Translations under genes and position numbers: made by a program
The notes under the pieces: generated by a model
Told to the model about the DNA's origin: nothing
Seen by the model: only the letters and a program-made list of their open reading frames with translations
Databases searched by the model: none
Part shown: positions 61,137-64,000 of the stretch, in pieces
How the letters are laid out: each line of letters starts with the position of its first letter
How positions within the stretch are numbered: position 1 is the stretch's first letter
NCBI GenBank assembly: GCA_963815195.1
Contig: CAWFGE010000006.1
Coordinates: 96,001-160,000, forward strand
Length of the DNA stretch: 64,000 bases
Origin: an uncultured Planctomycetaceae bacterium
GTDB lineage: Bacteria > Planctomycetota > Planctomycetia > Planctomycetales > Planctomycetaceae
Direction: 5' to 3'

Positions 61137-62515
61137 ATGAATCAAACCGCCGCTGGTTCTTCTATAAAACCCTCCGCTGCAGAGAACGAAGCCGACGTGC
61201 TGCCGCTCGGGCATTCGATCGACTACGACCGGTTTCTGGACTGCGTGCATTGCGGGTTGTGCACCTCGGCTTGCCCGACGTATCTTGAAACGGGCAACGA
61301 GAACGACAGCCCGCGCGGGCGGATTTATTTGATGCGGGCCGTCACCGACGGCCGGCTGGAGTTGACGGAGAAAGTCGAAAGGCATCTGGAACTCTGCCTC
61401 GACTGCCGAAGCTGCGAAACCGCCTGTCCCTCCGGCGTGCAGTATGGGCGGCTGATCGAACCCTTCCGCGTGGAACTCCAGCAGGCCCACGCCGCGAGTG
61501 GAAAACCCGCGATGGGCGGCCTTGAGAAGTTGATTCTCTATCACCTGTTTCCCTATCCGGGCCGATTGCGCGTCGCATTGGGATTGGCCCGTTGGATGCA
61601 GATTTTGAAATTGGATCGGCTCGCGGAATCGTTGGGACTCATGAAAATCCTGCCGGAAATGCCCCGGCGGATGCAGCGTCTGTTGCCGCGATTGCCAAAA
61701 CGCCCGCCCAGGTTGCCGGAGGTCCTGCCCGCGAAAGGGCCGAAGCGGCGCGGGTGGGGTTGTTTACGGGCTGCGTGGCCGACGCGATGTTCGCGGAGAC
61801 CAATGCCGCGACCGCGCGGGTGCTTCAGGAGAACGGCTGCGAAGTGGTGGTGCCGCGAAATCAAAACTGCTGCGGGGCGATTCACTATCACAGCGGAGCC
61901 GCCGACCCGGCGATTCGGTTCGCCGCCGACAACGCCCGCGCGTTTCCGCAGGATGTGGAGGCGGTGATCGTGAACGTCGCCGGCTGCGGCTCGATGCTCA
62001 AAGATTACGGGCACGTGGCCGAGGAGTTGGATTGCGACCGCATTATGCAGGACAAGCTTTCCGCGTTCGCGGGGCGGGTTCGCGATGTCACGGAGTTCCT
62101 CGCGGAACTCGGGCCGATCCCGCCCAAGGGGGAAATCCCCCTCAAGGCGACCTATCACGATGCCTGCCACCTCGCGCACGCCCAAAAAATCCAGGACCCG
62201 CCGCGGATGCTCCTGGGGTTGATTCCGGGTTTAGAGCTCGTGCCGTTGTCCGAGTCGACAATCTGCTGCGGAGCCGCGGGCAGCTATAACCTGACGGAAC
62301 CGGAAATGGCGGATCAACTCGCCGAGCGCAAGCTCAAACACATTCTCCAAACCGGCGCGGAGGCGGTCATTATGGCGAACGCGGGGTGTGCCTTGCAGAT
62401 TGGGGCGGCGCTCCGGGAAGCGGGCCATGACCTGTGGGTCGCGCATCCCATGGATCTATTGGACCTCAGCTATCGCCGGCAAATGCGGCCCTCCGGTCCG
62501 AAACAGGGAAGCTGA
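61137..62515 (+). CDS. glcF: Glycolate oxidase Fe-S subunit GlcF-like, frameshift near 61748
   Basis: CVHCGLCTSACPTY, SPRGRIYLM, CLDCRSCETACPSGV; CCG motifs, YHDACHL, CCGAAGSYN. Confidence 0.9.
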
Positions 62516-62881
62516 TTACCCCAACTCTTCCAGATACTTGAGCGCCTTGCGGGCCTGGTCGATGCCGCCCAATTCGTCAACCAGTTTTTTTGCTTCCACC
62601 AGATTCTCGGCGGTCAGGCGATTGGAAGTTGACGAGCGTGGAGCCGACGCCTTTGCGGCCGGTTTCCTGCCGCGCCGCTTCTTGACCGGTGCCGATGCCG
62701 CCGGTTGTCCGCCGGATTCATTCATTCGCCGTTTGACTTGATGGATCAAATTCGCCGTTACATCGATCCCGCGGGCGGCAAGATCGGGAATGATGACAGA
62801 CGGCTTGGCGTCCGGATAGTCGGCCAGGTAATCACGAACAGCTTGGCTGCGGTTGACGCCTTGGGCTTTCTTTTTGGCCAT
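62516..62881 (-). CDS. Small basic hypothetical protein (possible DNA-binding)
   Basis: VNRSQAVRDYL helical N-domain, KKRRGRKPAAK linker, AKKLVDELGG C-domain. Confidence 0.75.
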   Translation of the reverse strand: MAKKKAQGVNRSQAVRDYLADYPDAKPSVIIPDLAARGIDVTANLIHQVKRRMNESGGQPAASAPVKKRRGRKPAAKASAPRSSTSNRLTAENLVEAKKLVDELGGIDQARKALKYLEELG

Positions 62882-63016
62882 AATCGGGGTCCGCCAGGGG
62901 TGAATTTCGGTGTGTCAGTTTTTGACATGTTAGCAATTTCAGATGACACAAGGAACTATACAGGGATGTCCGGAGCGTCGGGCTGTCGATTTGCATAAAC
63001 TTTAAGGAGCGTTCCC

Positions 63017-64000
63017 ATGCATCACGGAGACGTGTCCGCCGACATCGCCAAGGGGCTGTTGTCACTGAAGAAGCGAATTGCAGCCGCTGACATTCCGCCT
63101 TCAAAACTCGATGAGACGATCAATGTCGCCGTTTGGAACATTCGCGAGTTCGGCAAAAAGCGGCGGACCAAGGCCGCCCTGCATTACATTGCGGAAATCC
63201 TCGGGCAGTTCGATCTGATCGCGCTGGTCGAACTCCGCGACAACCTGTCGGATTTGGGCTGCGTGCTTCCGTTTCTCGGGCCGAGCTGGGACGTGGTGTA
63301 TTCCGATTGGATGGACGATCCCGGCGCGAACCACGAGCGGATCGGGTTCCTGTATGATCGGCGGGCGGTGATCTTCAACGGATTGGCGGCGGAAATCGAC
63401 GCGCCGCGGAAGAAGTCGGCCACGGAGTATCTGGCGAACCAGTCCTTCTGGCGCGCCCCTTACATGTGCTCGTTCCGGGCCGGGAACTTCGATTTCATCG
63501 CCGTCGCAACGCATGCCCGCTGGGGAAACGAGATCGAAGGCCGGGAAGCCGAACTCCAGATGCTGGCCGACTGGATCGACACCCGCTTCAAACACAAATA
63601 CGTCGAAGACCACGACCTGATTGTTATGGGCGACTTCAACGTCCCAAAACTCGACGACGACCTCTTCAAAGCGCTCACCAGCCGGGGCCTGCAGATTCCG
63701 GACTCGCTCCGCGAACTCAAGGCCGGCGAACAGATCGTAAAGGGGACCAACCTCGGCAAATCCGCGCGTTACGACCAGATCCTGCACTTGCCGACGATGA
63801 AGAAGCGCTTCAGCAACCGCGGCGGCACGTTGGATTTTTTTGGCAGCGACGCGCAGATTAAAACGCTGTTTCCGGGAAAGAACTACACGCGAACCCAATT
63901 CAGCTTCCAGCTCTCCGACCACCTGCCCCTGTGGGTGCAAATCAACACGGACATCGACGGCGACCGGCTGGAGCAGATCGTTCAGGACAACAAGAAAGAC
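63017..64000 (+). CDS. Endonuclease/exonuclease/phosphatase family protein (runs off the window; not in the ORF track)
   Basis: aaggag RBS; MHHGDV...VAVWNIREFG, FDLIALVE, HARWG, VMGDFN, YDQI, LSDHLPLW. Confidence 0.9.
   Translation, partial: MHHGDVSADIAKGLLSLKKRIAAADIPPSKLDETINVAVWNIREFGKKRRTKAALHYIAEILGQFDLIALVELRDNLSDLGCVLPFLGPSWDVVYSDWMDDPGANHERIGFLYDRRAVIFNGLAAEIDAPRKKSATEYLANQSFWRAPYMCSFRAGNFDFIAVATHARWGNEIEGREAELQMLADWIDTRFKHKYVEDHDLIVMGDFNVPKLDDDLFKALTSRGLQIPDSLRELKAGEQIVKGTNLGKSARYDQILHLPTMKKRFSNRGGTLDFFGSDAQIKTLFPGKNYTRTQFSFQLSDHLPLWVQINTDIDGDRLEQIVQDNKKD

Overview
GC-rich bacterial DNA with a Planctomycetota signature: a DUF1501 protein, PVC-type heme-binding CxxCH proteins, a YTV-type Cys-rich repeat protein, a TIGR02996 protein and a planctomycete-type cytochrome c/WD40 protein. 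Most of the window is core-like. It holds a cfa/DUF1365/FAD-oxidoreductase lipid-modification operon, an HTTM pair, a ThuA/PVC dehydrogenase/cupredoxin-cytochrome operon, an aminotransferase, phoU-phoB, nhaA, an acyl-CoA dehydrogenase, an Flp pilin, an Nramp transporter, an alpha-2-macroglobulin, a CoA-transferase, glcEF, an EEP nuclease and a likely 6S RNA. About eleven single frameshifts, mostly at GCGCG/CGCGC, look like long-read errors. The most unusual structure is a ~5 kb region (45934-50938) bounded by a 50-bp direct repeat. In it, co-oriented small cargo genes alternate with REP-doublet (REPIN-like) palindromes, next to a displaced copy of the DUF1501 3' end. A second, simpler case of a duplicated gene 3' end plus one cargo gene plus a hairpin at the breakpoint lies at 5344-6559. 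No integrase, transposase or RAYT is visible in the window. All assignments are by eye from motifs; no database search or folding computation was run.
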